64,000 bases of DNA from an uncultured Alphaproteobacteria bacterium (GTDB lineage Bacteria > Pseudomonadota > Alphaproteobacteria > Rhodobacterales > Rhodobacteraceae): contig OY970206.1 of the NCBI GenBank assembly GCA_963708425.1, positions 1,841,208-1,905,207 on the forward strand, in the 5' to 3' direction. This document shows, piece after piece, positions 28,326 to 39,200 of the stretch. Within the stretch, counting starts at the first letter, position 1, and each line of letters starts with the position of its first letter. The notes below the pieces were generated by a model. The model was not told where the DNA came from. It saw only the letters and a list, made by a program, of their open reading frames with translations, and searched no databases. Made by a program: the position numbers and the translations under genes.

Positions 28326-29657
28326 ATGACCGAAGCAAGCAAACCCACCCCCCCCGCCGGCTACGCCCCTGATGCACAGGCGGGCCCCTTCGCAAGGTTC
28401 TTGCGTGCAACCGAATTAGACACACGCCTTCTGGGCATGGTGGGTGCACTTGTGATGATCTGGATCGGGTTTCATGTCTATGGCGTCCTGTTCCGCGATG
28501 GAGGCACATTCCTGACCCCGCGCAACTTGTGGAACTTGTCGGTTCAGACCTCGTACATCGGCATCATGGCCACCGGGATGGTGTTAGTGATCATCACCCG
28601 CAATATCGACTTGTCGGTTGGGTCAATCATCGGGGTGACGGGTATGGCGATGGGCCTGTTGCAGGCGGAATTCCTGCCGCCGATCCTTGGCATCGGCCAT
28701 CCGATCATCTGGATCGTGACCGCGCTCGTTGGGCTGGTGCTTGGCCTTCTGATCGGCGCCTTTCATGGCTGGCTGATCGCATATCGCAATATTCCGTCCT
28801 TCATTGTCACGCTTGGCGGCCTGCTGATCTGGCGCGGCATGGCCTTTCTTTCAGCCTCGGGCAGAACGATTGCGCCCTTGGATGAAACCTTTGCACTGCT
28901 TGGTGGCGGGCCTTACGGGACGGTCGGGGCAGTTGGCAGCTGGATCGTCGGGGCATTTGCCTGCGCTGGGCTGCTCTATCTTTTGCAGAACGGCAGGTCG
29001 CAGCGCCGCAAGCACCATTTTCCGCAGCGCCCGATGTGGGCAGAGGCGTTTTTGGCCGTTGCCGGATGCAGCGCGATCGTCGGGGCGGTACTTCTGGTCA
29101 ACGCTTATCCTTGGGCCAAAGGCATTGTCGCAAACTATGCCAAGGCAACCGGGCAAGACCTGCCCGAAGGCACCTTTATCAGCCACGGCTTTGCCATCCC
29201 GGTGCTGTTGCTGATCGCCGTCGGCATCCTGATGACCATCATGATGAATCGCACCCGGTTTGGCCGATATGTCTTCGCCATCGGTGGCAATCCCGAGGCC
29301 GCGTTGCTGGCCGGTATCAACACGCGCTGGGTGACGTTGAAGGTCTTTGCCTTAATGGGCGCGCTAGCTGGTCTTGCCGCCGTCATTACCTCTGCCCGGC
29401 AGAATTCTGCCACCAACGCGATGGGCGAACTTGACGAGCTTTACGTTATCGCCTCGGCTGTTATCGGCGGCACGTCTCTGGCGGGCGGGTCCGGTACGAT
29501 CTACGGCGCGATTCTTGGTGCGCTCGTGATCCTGAGCCTGCAATCGGGCATGGTCTTGATTGGTTTTGGTGACGGGTCTTACCAAAAGATTGTCGTCGGT
29601 ACGGCCCTGGTCCTCGCCGTCTACCTCGACATCCTTTATCGCAAAAACGTCAAGTGA
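28326..29657 (+). CDS. xylH: Xylose ABC transporter permease
   Basis: Polytopic membrane protein of the sugar ABC permease (XylH/AraH) type, with blocks [11 protein letters not shown] and [19 protein letters not shown] 28326 was chosen inside the track ORF. Confidence 0.85.
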   Translation: MTEASKPTPPAGYAPDAQAGPFARFLRATELDTRLLGMVGALVMIWIGFHVYGVLFRDGGTFLTPRNLWNLSVQTSYIGIMATGMVLVIITRNIDLSVGSIIGVTGMAMGLLQAEFLPPILGIGHPIIWIVTALVGLVLGLLIGAFHGWLIAYRNIPSFIVTLGGLLIWRGMAFLSASGRTIAPLDETFALLGGGPYGTVGAVGSWIVGAFACAGLLYLLQNGRSQRRKHHFPQRPMWAEAFLAVAGCSAIVGAVLLVNAYPWAKGIVANYAKATGQDLPEGTFISHGFAIPVLLLIAVGILMTIMMNRTRFGRYVFAIGGNPEAALLAGINTRWVTLKVFALMGALAGLAAVITSARQNSATNAMGELDELYVIASAVIGGTSLAGGSGTIYGAILGALVILSLQSGMVLIGFGDGSYQKIVVGTALVLAVYLDILYRKNVK

Positions 29658-29667
29658 GGGGAAAGCC

Positions 29668-30426
29668 ATGACCAACAGCGGAACACCCCTTGTCGAGTTG
29701 CGCGATATCTCGATCTCTTTCGGCGGCATCAAGGCCGTCGATCACGTGACCGTCGACCTCTATCCTGGCGAGGTTGTTGGCTTATTGGGCCACAATGGTG
29801 CAGGCAAATCGACACTGATCAAATGCCTGTCGGGGGCCTACAAGGCTGATGCTGGCGATATCCTGATCAACGGCGAAAAAGTGGAAATCAACAATCCCCG
29901 CGACGCCCGCGCCCAGAATATCGAGACGATTTACCAGACTCTGGCACTTGCCGATAACCTCGATGCTGCCTCGAACCTCTTCTTGGGGCGCGAGCTGGTC
30001 AGCGCCGCGGGTTTCGTCGATGACAGCACGATGGAGGCCGAGACGCGCAAGATCATGAAGCGTCTCAACCCCAACTTCCGCAAGTTCAATGTTCCAGTGT
30101 CGGCACTTTCAGGTGGACAGCGGCAATCCGTGGCCATTGCGCGCGCGGTCTACTTCAACGCCAAGATATTGATCATGGATGAACCGACCGCCGCCCTTGG
30201 CCCGCATGAAACTCAGATGGTGTCGGAGCTGATCCAAGAACTGAAGGCACAGGGCTTGGGCATCTTCCTGATCGAGCATGACATTCACAACGTCATGAAG
30301 CTGTGCGACCGCGCATCGGTGATGAAAAACGGCCAACTGGTAGGTACGGTCAACGTCAATGAAGTCACCGACGAAGACATTCTCGGCATGATCATTCTGG
30401 GCAAGAAGCCGGCAAAGGCCGCGTGA
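29668..30426 (+). CDS. xylG: Sugar (xylose) ABC transporter ATP-binding protein, single-NBD form
   Basis: 252 aa with Walker [10 protein letters not shown], signature LSGGQRQ, Walker [12 protein letters not shown] and an H-loop in IEHD. The ATG at 29668 follows the xylH stop by 10 nt. Confidence 0.85.
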   Translation: MTNSGTPLVELRDISISFGGIKAVDHVTVDLYPGEVVGLLGHNGAGKSTLIKCLSGAYKADAGDILINGEKVEINNPRDARAQNIETIYQTLALADNLDAASNLFLGRELVSAAGFVDDSTMEAETRKIMKRLNPNFRKFNVPVSALSGGQRQSVAIARAVYFNAKILIMDEPTAALGPHETQMVSELIQELKAQGLGIFLIEHDIHNVMKLCDRASVMKNGQLVGTVNVNEVTDEDILGMIILGKKPAKAA

Positions 30427-31862
30427 TGTTTATCGGGCTTGATCTGGGGACGTCCGGCCTGAAAGGCATTTTAATCGACGATACTCAACGTGTTTTGGCC
30501 GAGGCGATAGCCCCATTGACCGTAAACCGACCGCAGGACGGTTGGTCGGAACAAGCGCCAAGTGATTGGATTGCCGCTGCCGAAACGGTGATGGACGCGC
30601 TTGCAGCCTACGGCTTGGGCAAGGTGAAAGGAATTGGTCTATCGGGCCAAATGCACGGTGCCACTTTGCTGGACTCCGCCGACGAAGTGCTACGCCCGTG
30701 TATCTTGTGGAATGACACCCGCAGTAGTGATGAAGCAACCGAGTTGGACGCCGATCCAATGTTTCGGCGCATTTCCGGCAATATTGTTTTCCCCGGCTTT
30801 ACCGCGCCGAAACTCGATTGGGTCCGTAACCACGAACCAGCCATCTGGGCGAAAGTCACCAAAGTTCTATTGCCCAAGGACTATCTACGCCTTTGGCTCA
30901 CCGGTGACCATGTTGGGGAAATGTCGGATGCCGCAGGCACCGCTTGGTTCAACACCGGTGCGCGCGACTGGTCGGATGAACTTCTGGCTGCAACGGGCCT
31001 TTCACGTGCCCATATGCCGCGCTTGGTTGAAGGCTCGGCGGTTTCCGGCACCATCCGCGCCGCACTTGCGGGCCGTTGGGGCCTGCCAAAAAGCGTCGTC
31101 ATTGCTGGCGGTGGTGGCGACAATGCTGCATCCGGCGTCGGCGTCGGCGTGGTCCGCGCGGGTGAAGCGTTTGTTTCGCTTGGGACCTCCGGCGTTCTGT
31201 TTGCCGCCAATGATCGCTATCAGCCTGACCCTGCCACCGCCGTTCACACCTTCTGCCATGCGTTGCCCAACACGTGGCATCAGATGGGCGTTATCCTGTC
31301 CGCGACGGATTCGCTGAATTGGTATGCCGGTATGGTCGGCACTGATGCAGTCAGCCTGACTCGTGGTCTGACCGCGCTGCAAGCTCCCGGCAAACCGCTG
31401 TTTTTGCCCTATCTTGGCGGCGAACGTACGCCGTTAAACTCTGCTTCGATCCGCGGTGCGTTCCTGGGGCTTGAACATACGACCGACCGCACCGCCGGTA
31501 CTCGCGCCGTGCTGGAAGGTGTGACCTTTGCAATCCGTGATTGCCGCGATGCACTGGCCTCCACGGGCACCAAGCTAAAGCACCTGCTTGCCGTTGGGGG
31601 CGGGTCGCGGTCAGACTACTGGCTGTCAGCCATTGCAACTGCGTTGAACTGTCCCGTTTCGGTGCCGGTCGCGGGTGATTTCGGCGGCGCGTTTGGGGCT
31701 GCGCGACTTGGCCTTATGGCTGCAACTGGTGCCGGTGCCGAAATCGCTACTCTACCCGCCATTGCCCGCCAAATAGACCCTGATCAATCCCTTCTCGCGG
31801 CTTTCGATGCGGGCCACGCCCGGTTTCGCGCCGCCCAAACTGCCATCAAGGATCTGCAATGA
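30423..31862 (+). CDS. xylB: Xylulokinase
   Basis: FGGY kinase N-terminus [14 protein letters not shown], plus [13 protein letters not shown] and the C-terminal GGGSRSDYW. It has ATGA-type overlaps with both neighbours. Confidence 0.9.
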   Translation: MMFIGLDLGTSGLKGILIDDTQRVLAEAIAPLTVNRPQDGWSEQAPSDWIAAAETVMDALAAYGLGKVKGIGLSGQMHGATLLDSADEVLRPCILWNDTRSSDEATELDADPMFRRISGNIVFPGFTAPKLDWVRNHEPAIWAKVTKVLLPKDYLRLWLTGDHVGEMSDAAGTAWFNTGARDWSDELLAATGLSRAHMPRLVEGSAVSGTIRAALAGRWGLPKSVVIAGGGGDNAASGVGVGVVRAGEAFVSLGTSGVLFAANDRYQPDPATAVHTFCHALPNTWHQMGVILSATDSLNWYAGMVGTDAVSLTRGLTALQAPGKPLFLPYLGGERTPLNSASIRGAFLGLEHTTDRTAGTRAVLEGVTFAIRDCRDALASTGTKLKHLLAVGGGSRSDYWLSAIATALNCPVSVPVAGDFGGAFGAARLGLMAATGAGAEIATLPAIARQIDPDQSLLAAFDAGHARFRAAQTAIKDLQ

Positions 31863-33160
31863 CCGATTTTTTCAAAGATATCCCCGCCATCAAGTACGAA
31901 GGCCCATCGTCAAGCAACGAATTCGCCTTCCGGCACTACAACCCTGATGAAGTGATCATGGGCAAACGCATGGAAGACCACATGCGTTTTGCCGTTGCAT
32001 ATTGGCATAGCTTTGCGTGGCCGGGCGGCGACCCGTTCGGCGGGCAAACCTTGGATCGGCCATGGTTCGGCGACACCATGGCGCTGGCAAAGATGAAGGC
32101 CGATGTTGCGTTCGAAATGTTCGATATCTTGGGCGCGCCATTCTATTGCATGCATGATGCCGACGCGCGGCCCGAAGGCGCGACCTTCGCCGAAAGCAAA
32201 CGCAACCTCGAAGAGATCGTCGATTACCTCGGCACAAAGCAAACCAACCACAAAACCAAACTGCTGTGGGGCACTGCCAACCTTTTCTCCCACAAACGCT
32301 GGATGTCGGGTGCCGCGACCAATCCCGATCCCGACGTTTTTGCCTATGCCGCTGCAACCGTGAAGTCCTGCATGGATGCCACGATGAAACTTGGTGGTGC
32401 CAACTACGTCCTGTGGGGCGGGCGCGAAGGCTATGAAACCTTGCTGAACACCGACTTGTCGCGCGAGGCGGAACAAGCTGGTCGGTTCCTGACGATGGTT
32501 GTGGAATACAAACACAAGATGGGCTTCAAAGGCGCGATCCTTATCGAGCCAAAGCCACAAGAGCCGTCAAAGCACCAATATGATTACGACGTGGCAACCG
32601 TATTCGGCTTCTTGCAGCGCTTTGGTCTTGAGAAAGAAGTGCAGTTGAACATCGAACAAGGCCACGCGATCCTGGCGGGCCACAGCTTCGAACATGAAAT
32701 TGCGTTGGCCGCCTCGCTTGGCATTTTCGGCTCCATCGACATGAACCGCAATGATTACCAATCGGGCTGGGATACTGATCAATTCCCCAACAACCACGCC
32801 GAAAAAGCCGTCGCCTTTTACGAGATTCTGCGCGCGGGCGGCTACACCACTGGTGGCACCAACTTTGATGCTAAAATCCGCCGCCAAAGCCTTGATCCTG
32901 CCGATCTGATCCTCGCCCATGTTGGCGGCATGGATACCTGTGCCCGCGCGATGAAATCCGCTGCGGCCCTACTGGCTGACGGCAGTATGGAAGCCAACCG
33001 TAACGCCCGCTACTCGGGTTGGGACAAGCCCGCTAACAAAGCGATGCTCACTTCGTCGCTTGAAGCCATTGCCGCCGACGTCCTGACCAAAAACATCAAC
33101 CCAAACCCACGATCGGGCCGCCAGGAACGTCTCGAAAACCTGTGGAACCGCTTCATCTAA
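31859..33160 (+). CDS. xylA: Xylose isomerase
   Basis: Classic class II XylA blocks are present: [23 protein letters not shown]-like [30 protein letters not shown] and DANRGD-like [16 protein letters not shown]. Confidence 0.95.
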   Translation: MTDFFKDIPAIKYEGPSSSNEFAFRHYNPDEVIMGKRMEDHMRFAVAYWHSFAWPGGDPFGGQTLDRPWFGDTMALAKMKADVAFEMFDILGAPFYCMHDADARPEGATFAESKRNLEEIVDYLGTKQTNHKTKLLWGTANLFSHKRWMSGAATNPDPDVFAYAAATVKSCMDATMKLGGANYVLWGGREGYETLLNTDLSREAEQAGRFLTMVVEYKHKMGFKGAILIEPKPQEPSKHQYDYDVATVFGFLQRFGLEKEVQLNIEQGHAILAGHSFEHEIALAASLGIFGSIDMNRNDYQSGWDTDQFPNNHAEKAVAFYEILRAGGYTTGGTNFDAKIRRQSLDPADLILAHVGGMDTCARAMKSAAALLADGSMEANRNARYSGWDKPANKAMLTSSLEAIAADVLTKNINPNPRSGRQERLENLWNRFI

Positions 33161-33238
33161 CCTTGCGGCTTCCTGGTAGTCCAAATACTCATCTGTTGGT
33201 CGGGCCACTCGCCCGACCGCAGCAAAGGGACGAAAGCC

Positions 33239-34270
33239 ATGGCCTACCACCCCGCCGAAAATCGCTATGACCGGATGATCTATCGTCGCACAGGTCGGTC
33301 GGGCATGATGCTCCCGGCTATTTCGCTGGGCCTGTGGCACAACTTCGGGCACGACACCCCGCACGATACCAAACGCGCCATCTGCCACGCTGCGTTTGAC
33401 AATGGCATCACCCATTTCGATCTGGCCAACAACTACGGCCCCCCGGCCGGCAGTGCCGAATCCGCCTTTGGCGAGATTTTGAAGACCGATTTCAAGCACC
33501 TTCGTGACGAGCTGATCATTTCGTCCAAAGCGGGCTACCACATGTGGAACGGCCCCTACGGCGAGTGGGGGTCGCGCAAGTACCTGATCGCGTCCTGTGA
33601 CCAGTCGTTAAAGCGAATGGGTCTTGATTACGTCGATATCTTCTATTCGCACCGCTTTGACCCTGACACGCCGCTGGAAGAAACCATGGGCGCGCTGGAT
33701 CACATCGTGCGGTCCGGCCGCGCCCAATATGTCGGCCTGTCCAGCTACAATTCCGAAAAGACACGTGAGGCCGTGGCAATTCTGAAATCGCTTGGCACAC
33801 CCTGCCTGATCCATCAGCCCAGCTATAACATCCTCAATCGCTGGGTCGAGAAGGATGGTTTGCGCGAAACGCTTGCCGAACTGGGCGTTGGATCAATCGC
33901 CTTTACGCCGTTGGCCCAAGGCATCCTAACCCGCAAATATCTGGGCGGTATTCCCGAAGGCAGCCGTGCTTCCCAAGGCAAGAGCCTTGATCCGGCGGTC
34001 ATTACCGCACGCGCCATTCAATCGGTCCGCGCGTTGGATGCAATGGCGCAAAAGCGTGGTCAAACTCTTGCGCAAATGGCATTGGCATGGGTGCTGCGCG
34101 GCGGAATGATCACGACGGCGCTGATCGGGGCTTCGAAGCCGGAACAAGTCGTGGATTGCGTCGGCGCGATCCAAAACCTTGATTTTACACCGGCAGAGCT
34201 TGCCGAAATTGACCAAATCTCGTCGGAAGAGGCGGTAAATCTTTGGGCTAAGTCATCTGCTACTGACTAA
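33239..34270 (+). CDS. Aldo/keto reductase (YghZ/Tas, L-glyceraldehyde-3-phosphate reductase-like)
   Basis: AKR blocks are present: GITHFDLANNYGPP, ISSKAGY, LDYVDIFYSHRFDP, GLSSYN and IHQPSYNIL. Confidence 0.9.
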   Translation: MAYHPAENRYDRMIYRRTGRSGMMLPAISLGLWHNFGHDTPHDTKRAICHAAFDNGITHFDLANNYGPPAGSAESAFGEILKTDFKHLRDELIISSKAGYHMWNGPYGEWGSRKYLIASCDQSLKRMGLDYVDIFYSHRFDPDTPLEETMGALDHIVRSGRAQYVGLSSYNSEKTREAVAILKSLGTPCLIHQPSYNILNRWVEKDGLRETLAELGVGSIAFTPLAQGILTRKYLGGIPEGSRASQGKSLDPAVITARAIQSVRALDAMAQKRGQTLAQMALAWVLRGGMITTALIGASKPEQVVDCVGAIQNLDFTPAELAEIDQISSEEAVNLWAKSSATD

Positions 34271-34284
34271 GTTCTTACGCTGAC

Positions 34285-34313
34285 GGTGCCTAAAATCTGG
34301 GCACCTTCTTTTG
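34285..34313 (+). terminator. Rho-independent terminator after the aldo/keto reductase gene
   Basis: Stem GGTGCC (34285-34290) pairs with GGCACC (34300-34305), followed by TTCTTTTG. Confidence 0.55.
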
Positions 34314-34403
34314 CAAAATGCAAACGCGCACGTGTTTTTTGCGTATCTTAGGACGCTGCGACATCTGGTCACTTGACCTTTAGGTAACTCAAACCACTTG
34401 AGT

Positions 34404-34419
34404 GAATGAACGTTCATTC
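34404..34419. promoter_or_regulatory. Perfect 16-bp palindrome GAATGAACGTTCATTC; candidate TetR operator
   Basis: Read directly from the sequence. It lies about 60 nt upstream of the probable TetR start and is the only strong dyad in the 34271-34478 intergenic region. Confidence 0.4.
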
Positions 34420-34478
34420 TTTCTGTGTCGCTGCCGATTCCCTCGGCGATGCAGCCTATCAAGTGGAAGCCTGCTCTA

Positions 34479-35090
34479 ATGACGATGCCCGCCCCTCCCG
34501 CTGATCTTCGCAGCGCCTTGATCTTGGCTTCGATTCGGCGCGCCTTCATGGAAAAAGGTTTTGACGGCGCATCCATGCAGGATTTGGCGCGCGAAGCGGG
34601 AATGAGTGTCGGTAATTTCTATCGCTATTTTCCGTCCAAAGCCGCCATTGTCGAAGCCATAATCACCGGCGACCTCGCAGAGTTGGAGCGGGATTTTTTC
34701 GCAATCATCGGGTCCGCTGACCCGATGCAAAGCCTGCGCGACACGATCAAGCGGCACGTGGAAGACAATCTTTGCGATGGTGAAGGCCAACTTTGGGCAG
34801 AGATAACAGCCGTTGCCCTGCGCAAGCCGGAAATAGCCGCCATCGTTGGCAGGATGGAAGTCGACCTGAAGCTTTATCTGACAACGGTATTTTCAATCAC
34901 CAGTGGCCTAAGCATGGCCAAAACGATTGAACAGTTTTCCGGCCACGCGTCGTTGGTGATCTTGATGGTCAAGGCAAGCGCCATGCAAGCCTGTGCCGCT
35001 GGGCAACAGCAGGCCGATCTGACCGCGCTTGTGTTGCGCACTATCAATCAGACGCTTGATGAAATTCCTCAGATGACGCTGAAGGGCTGA
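34479..35090 (+). CDS. TetR/AcrR family transcriptional regulator
   Basis: The N-terminal HTH is FDGASMQDLAREAGMSVGNFYRYFPSK. It is the first gene of the efflux operon. The start is uncertain (longest ORF 34425). Confidence 0.85.
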   Translation: MTMPAPPADLRSALILASIRRAFMEKGFDGASMQDLAREAGMSVGNFYRYFPSKAAIVEAIITGDLAELERDFFAIIGSADPMQSLRDTIKRHVEDNLCDGEGQLWAEITAVALRKPEIAAIVGRMEVDLKLYLTTVFSITSGLSMAKTIEQFSGHASLVILMVKASAMQACAAGQQQADLTALVLRTINQTLDEIPQMTLKG

Positions 35091-35094
35091 TCCG

Positions 35095-36276
35095 ATGCCA
35101 ATCTACCACACTTTGCTTTCGTTTCTTGTCGGCATAATTTTGATGACGTCACCTGCGGCCTTTGCCGAAACGGCCAAGCCTGCCGCGCCGCCATCTTCGG
35201 TGCCTGCAATCACCGTGTCGTCGGTTGCCATGCAGGTGCTGCGCGATCAGGTTTATGTTTCCGGTCTTGTTGGCCCGCTTGAAGAAGTACAGGTGCAGCC
35301 GCTTATCGAGGGCCAGCCAATAGAGACGCTGAATGTCGATATTGGCGACAGAGTTGTCGCAGGGCAAGTGCTGGCAAAGCTGTCTGCAACGACGCTGGAA
35401 CTTCAAAAAAGCCAATATAATGCATCGCTTGCCTCGGCCCGGGCCACCATTGCGCAAGCCGAAGCACAGTTGATTGAAGCCCGCGCTTCTGCCGAAGAAT
35501 CGCAGCGCGTGAATGATCGCACCGCCAGGCTAAAGGCCCAAGGCACGGCATCGCAGGCGGCGGCAGACCAAGCCAATGCCGCTGCAATCTCCGCCACGGC
35601 GCGCGTTACCGTCGCCGCCCAATCACTAGAGGCGGCCCGCGCCCAACTATCGCTGGCCCAAGCTCAATTAGCAAATGTGGAATTGCAGCTCACCCGTACA
35701 AGTGTCGTCGCACCGGTTTCGGGTGAGGTTGTAGAACGGAACGCACTTGTCGGTGGTATCGCATCGGCGGCGGGCCCCGCGATGTTCAAATTGATCCGCG
35801 ATGGGGCGCTGGAACTGCGCGCCGACGTGGCCGAGGCTGACTTGGTGCGCCTTGCACCGGGCCAAACAGCGCAGATGACGGCAGTAGGCACTCATGAGCC
35901 GTTGACCGGCACCGTTCGCCTTGTCGAGCCGACGATAGACACCACCTCGCGGCTTGGCCGGGTCCGCATCACGCTTGATCAGCCAGACTTTGTCCGCTCG
36001 GGCATGTTCGTTGACGCTACAGTTCTGGTGGTCGAGCGCGAAACAATCGCGGCACCTGTCACCGCCATCGGCTCCAGTCCCGAAGGGGCAACTGTCATGC
36101 GCGTGCGTGACGGCTTGGTCGAACGGATTGCCGTGGAAACCGGCATTCGTGACGGCGGCATGGTGGAAATCACGTCGGGCGTTGTTCCGGGCGATCTGAT
36201 CGTGACCAAGGCCGCTGCCTTTGTTCGCGATGGTGATCGCATCAATCCGGTTCAGGCGCAGGTTGAAACAAACTAG
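35095..36276 (+). CDS. Efflux RND transporter periplasmic adaptor (membrane fusion protein)
   Basis: It has a signal/anchor, a long Ala/Gln-rich coiled-coil hairpin, VVAPVSGEVVER (lipoyl/beta-barrel motif) and a C-terminal beta domain. Confidence 0.9.
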   Translation: MPIYHTLLSFLVGIILMTSPAAFAETAKPAAPPSSVPAITVSSVAMQVLRDQVYVSGLVGPLEEVQVQPLIEGQPIETLNVDIGDRVVAGQVLAKLSATTLELQKSQYNASLASARATIAQAEAQLIEARASAEESQRVNDRTARLKAQGTASQAAADQANAAAISATARVTVAAQSLEAARAQLSLAQAQLANVELQLTRTSVVAPVSGEVVERNALVGGIASAAGPAMFKLIRDGALELRADVAEADLVRLAPGQTAQMTAVGTHEPLTGTVRLVEPTIDTTSRLGRVRITLDQPDFVRSGMFVDATVLVVERETIAAPVTAIGSSPEGATVMRVRDGLVERIAVETGIRDGGMVEITSGVVPGDLIVTKAAAFVRDGDRINPVQAQVETN

Positions 36277-36288
36277 AGGCACTTTTCG

Positions 36289-39200
36289 ATGAACTTCTCA
36301 GCCTGGTCGATCCGAAATCCGATTGCGCCGCTATTGGCATTCCTGATGCTGATGGTGCTTGGGTGGCAGTCTTTCCAAAGCATGCCGATCACCCGGTTTC
36401 CCAACATCGACGTGCCTTTGGTTGCAGTGACGGTCACCCAATCCGGTGCTGCCCCGGCAGAGCTGGAAGCGCAAGTTACCAAGAAGATCGAAGACGCGCT
36501 TGCAGGGATTGCCGGGGTCAAGAACGTGATCTCCACGGTGACCGATGGTGTTTCGACCACAGCCGCCGAATTCAACATGGAAGTGCCTACCGAAAAGGCC
36601 GTGCAAGACGCCAAAGATGCGATTGACCAGATCCGCGGCAATTTGCCCGGCGACATCGAAGCGCCGATTGTCACGCGAATAGATGTCGAAGGTCAGGCGA
36701 TCATGTCCTTCGCCGTCTCGGCACCCAGCATGTCAATCGAAGAGCTGTCGTGGTTCGTCGATGACAAAATCACCCGAAATCTGCAGGGCCGTCCCGGCGT
36801 AGGCCGGGTTGATCGCTATGGCGGAGCCGATCGTGAAATTCGGGTTGAACTGGACCCTGTGCGTCTTGACAGCTTTGGCATTACCGCCCAAGCGGTCAGC
36901 GCCCAGCTTAGCGCCACCAACACAAATCTGGGTGCTGGACGCAGTGAAATCGGCACCGGCGAACAAGCCATCCGCACGCTTGGCGATGCTGCCACCGTCG
37001 AAGGCCTGGCCAGCACCACCATAGCCCTACCCTCCGGTCGCTTTGTCCGGCTGTCCGATCTGGGCACCGTGCTTGATACCTACGAAGAACTGCGATCCTT
37101 CTCGCGCTTCAACGGTGAACAGGTCGTCACTATGGCCGTATTCCGTGCCAAGGGATCGTCCGAAGTCTCGGTCGCCGAGGTGGTAAATTCGTCGCTTGAC
37201 GGTATCCGCGAAAAGTATCCTGATGTGGCGATTACCGCGGTCGATGACACCGTGTTCTACACCTACGGCAACTACGAAGCCGCCCTCACCACCCTCGTTG
37301 AAGGCGCGATCCTCGCCGTTCTGGTGGTGCTTGCCTTCTTGAAGAACTGGCGCGCCACCCTGATTGCTGCCGTCGCCCTGCCACTATCCGCCGTCCCAAC
37401 TTTCTGGATGATGGATCTGCTGGGCTTTTCCCTGAACCTGATCAGCTTCCTCGCCATCACCCTCGCAACCGGCATCCTGGTCGACGACGCCATCGTCGAA
37501 ATAGAAAACATCGCGCGACACATCCGAATGGGCAAAACCCCCTACCGCGCCTCAATCGAGGCTGCTGATGAAATCGGCCTTGCCGTCATCGCCACTACCT
37601 TCACCATCGTCGCCGTGTTCGTGCCAGTGTCGTTCATGCCCGGCATCCCCGGCCAGTATTTCCGCCAGTTCGGCCTGACCGTCGCCATCGCCGTGCTGTT
37701 CAGCCTGCTGGTCGCCCGCCTGATCACCCCGATGATGGCCGCGTATTTGATGCGCGCGAAAGACGCCCATGAGGAAAACCAAAAAGACGGCTGGATCATG
37801 CGCAACTATCTGCGGTTCGTGAAATCCAGCACCAAAACCATCAAACTGCCGTTCGGGCTAAAGCTGGGCAAATATTACCTGACCCTGCTTGCAGCACTCG
37901 GCGTGCTTGCCACATCGATCTACTTCATGCTTCAAATCCCCGGCAGCTTTATCCCGCCCGAAGATGTCAGCCGCATCGCCATCAGCGTCGAATTGCCCCC
38001 CGGTTCAACCCTTGCCGATACCGACACCACCACCACCGCGATCGTCGACAAGATCAAGGATCTTGAGGGAGTCGACAATGTCTTCGTGCTCGGCGGCAGT
38101 TCCCCCACCGGCGAACGCGATATCCGCCGCGCCAGTGTCACTGTGCTGCTTGGCAAGCTGGATCACTCACTGATTCACAAGTTCAGCAAAATAGGCCAAT
38201 CGATTCCCCTGATCGGCCCGTACGTCCCCAAAACGGAGTCAACGGGTCGCGAAGTGCCGCAAAACCAGATCGAGGCGCAGATTTTCGCGCTGCTGGCCGA
38301 CGTGCCCGATGTGCGCGCCTTCAAACTGAACGACCGCGGCGAACGCGATATCTCGTTCTCGATCCTGTCGTCGAATGAGGCCGATTTGAACGTCGCCGTT
38401 GGCCGACTAGAGGCGGCACTGCGCGGCGATCCACTACTTGCCGGTGTTGCCGCATCAGGCGCACTGCCCCGCCCCGAGGTGCAGATTACCCCGCGCGCGG
38501 AAGAGGCCGCTCGTCTAGGCATCACCGCCCAGCAAATTGCTGCCGTGGTGCGTGTCGCCACCATCGGCGATATCGACGCAGCGCTTGCGAAGCTGTCCAT
38601 CGATAATCGGCAAATTCCAATCCGCGTCCGGCTGAATGATGATGCCCGCGCCGATCTCGGCCGTTTGGCCGCCCTGAAGGTCAACACCGCCAGCGGGGCC
38701 ACGGTGCCGCTTAGCTCGGTTGCCGAGATCACCATCGCCGAAGGCCCCAGCGTTGTAGACCGTCTTAACCGCGAACGCCGCGCCACCATCGGGGCCAACC
38801 TGCCCGTCGGCGTGGCGCTTGGCACGGCAACTGCGCGCTTCAAAGAAATCACCGACAGCGTCGAACTACCGGCCTCCGTCCGCGTGGCCGAAGCTGGCGA
38901 CGCCGAAATTCAGGCCGAACTGAACCAAAGCTTTGGCAACGCCATGATCTTTGGCCTGATGCTGGTGCTCACCGTGCTGATCTTGCTATTCAAATCTGTC
39001 CTTCAGCCCTTCACCATCCTGTTCTCGTTGCCTCTTGCCATCGGCGGCGTTGCGGCGGCACTGATCATCACCGGCAATGCCGTCTCGATGCCGGTGTTGA
39101 TCGGCATTCTGATGCTGATGGGCATCGTCACCAAAAACGCCATCCTGCTGATCGACTTCGCCATCGAAATGACCCGCCAAGGCATGGGTCGCCTAGAGGC

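Noticed and set aside
35668-36282. A 204-aa minus-strand ORF, together with similar ORFs at 38175-38852 and 16167-16841.
   Set aside because: All three are antisense to strongly supported genes (the MFP, RND and HisD-like genes). Their composition is typical of GC-rich antisense frames.
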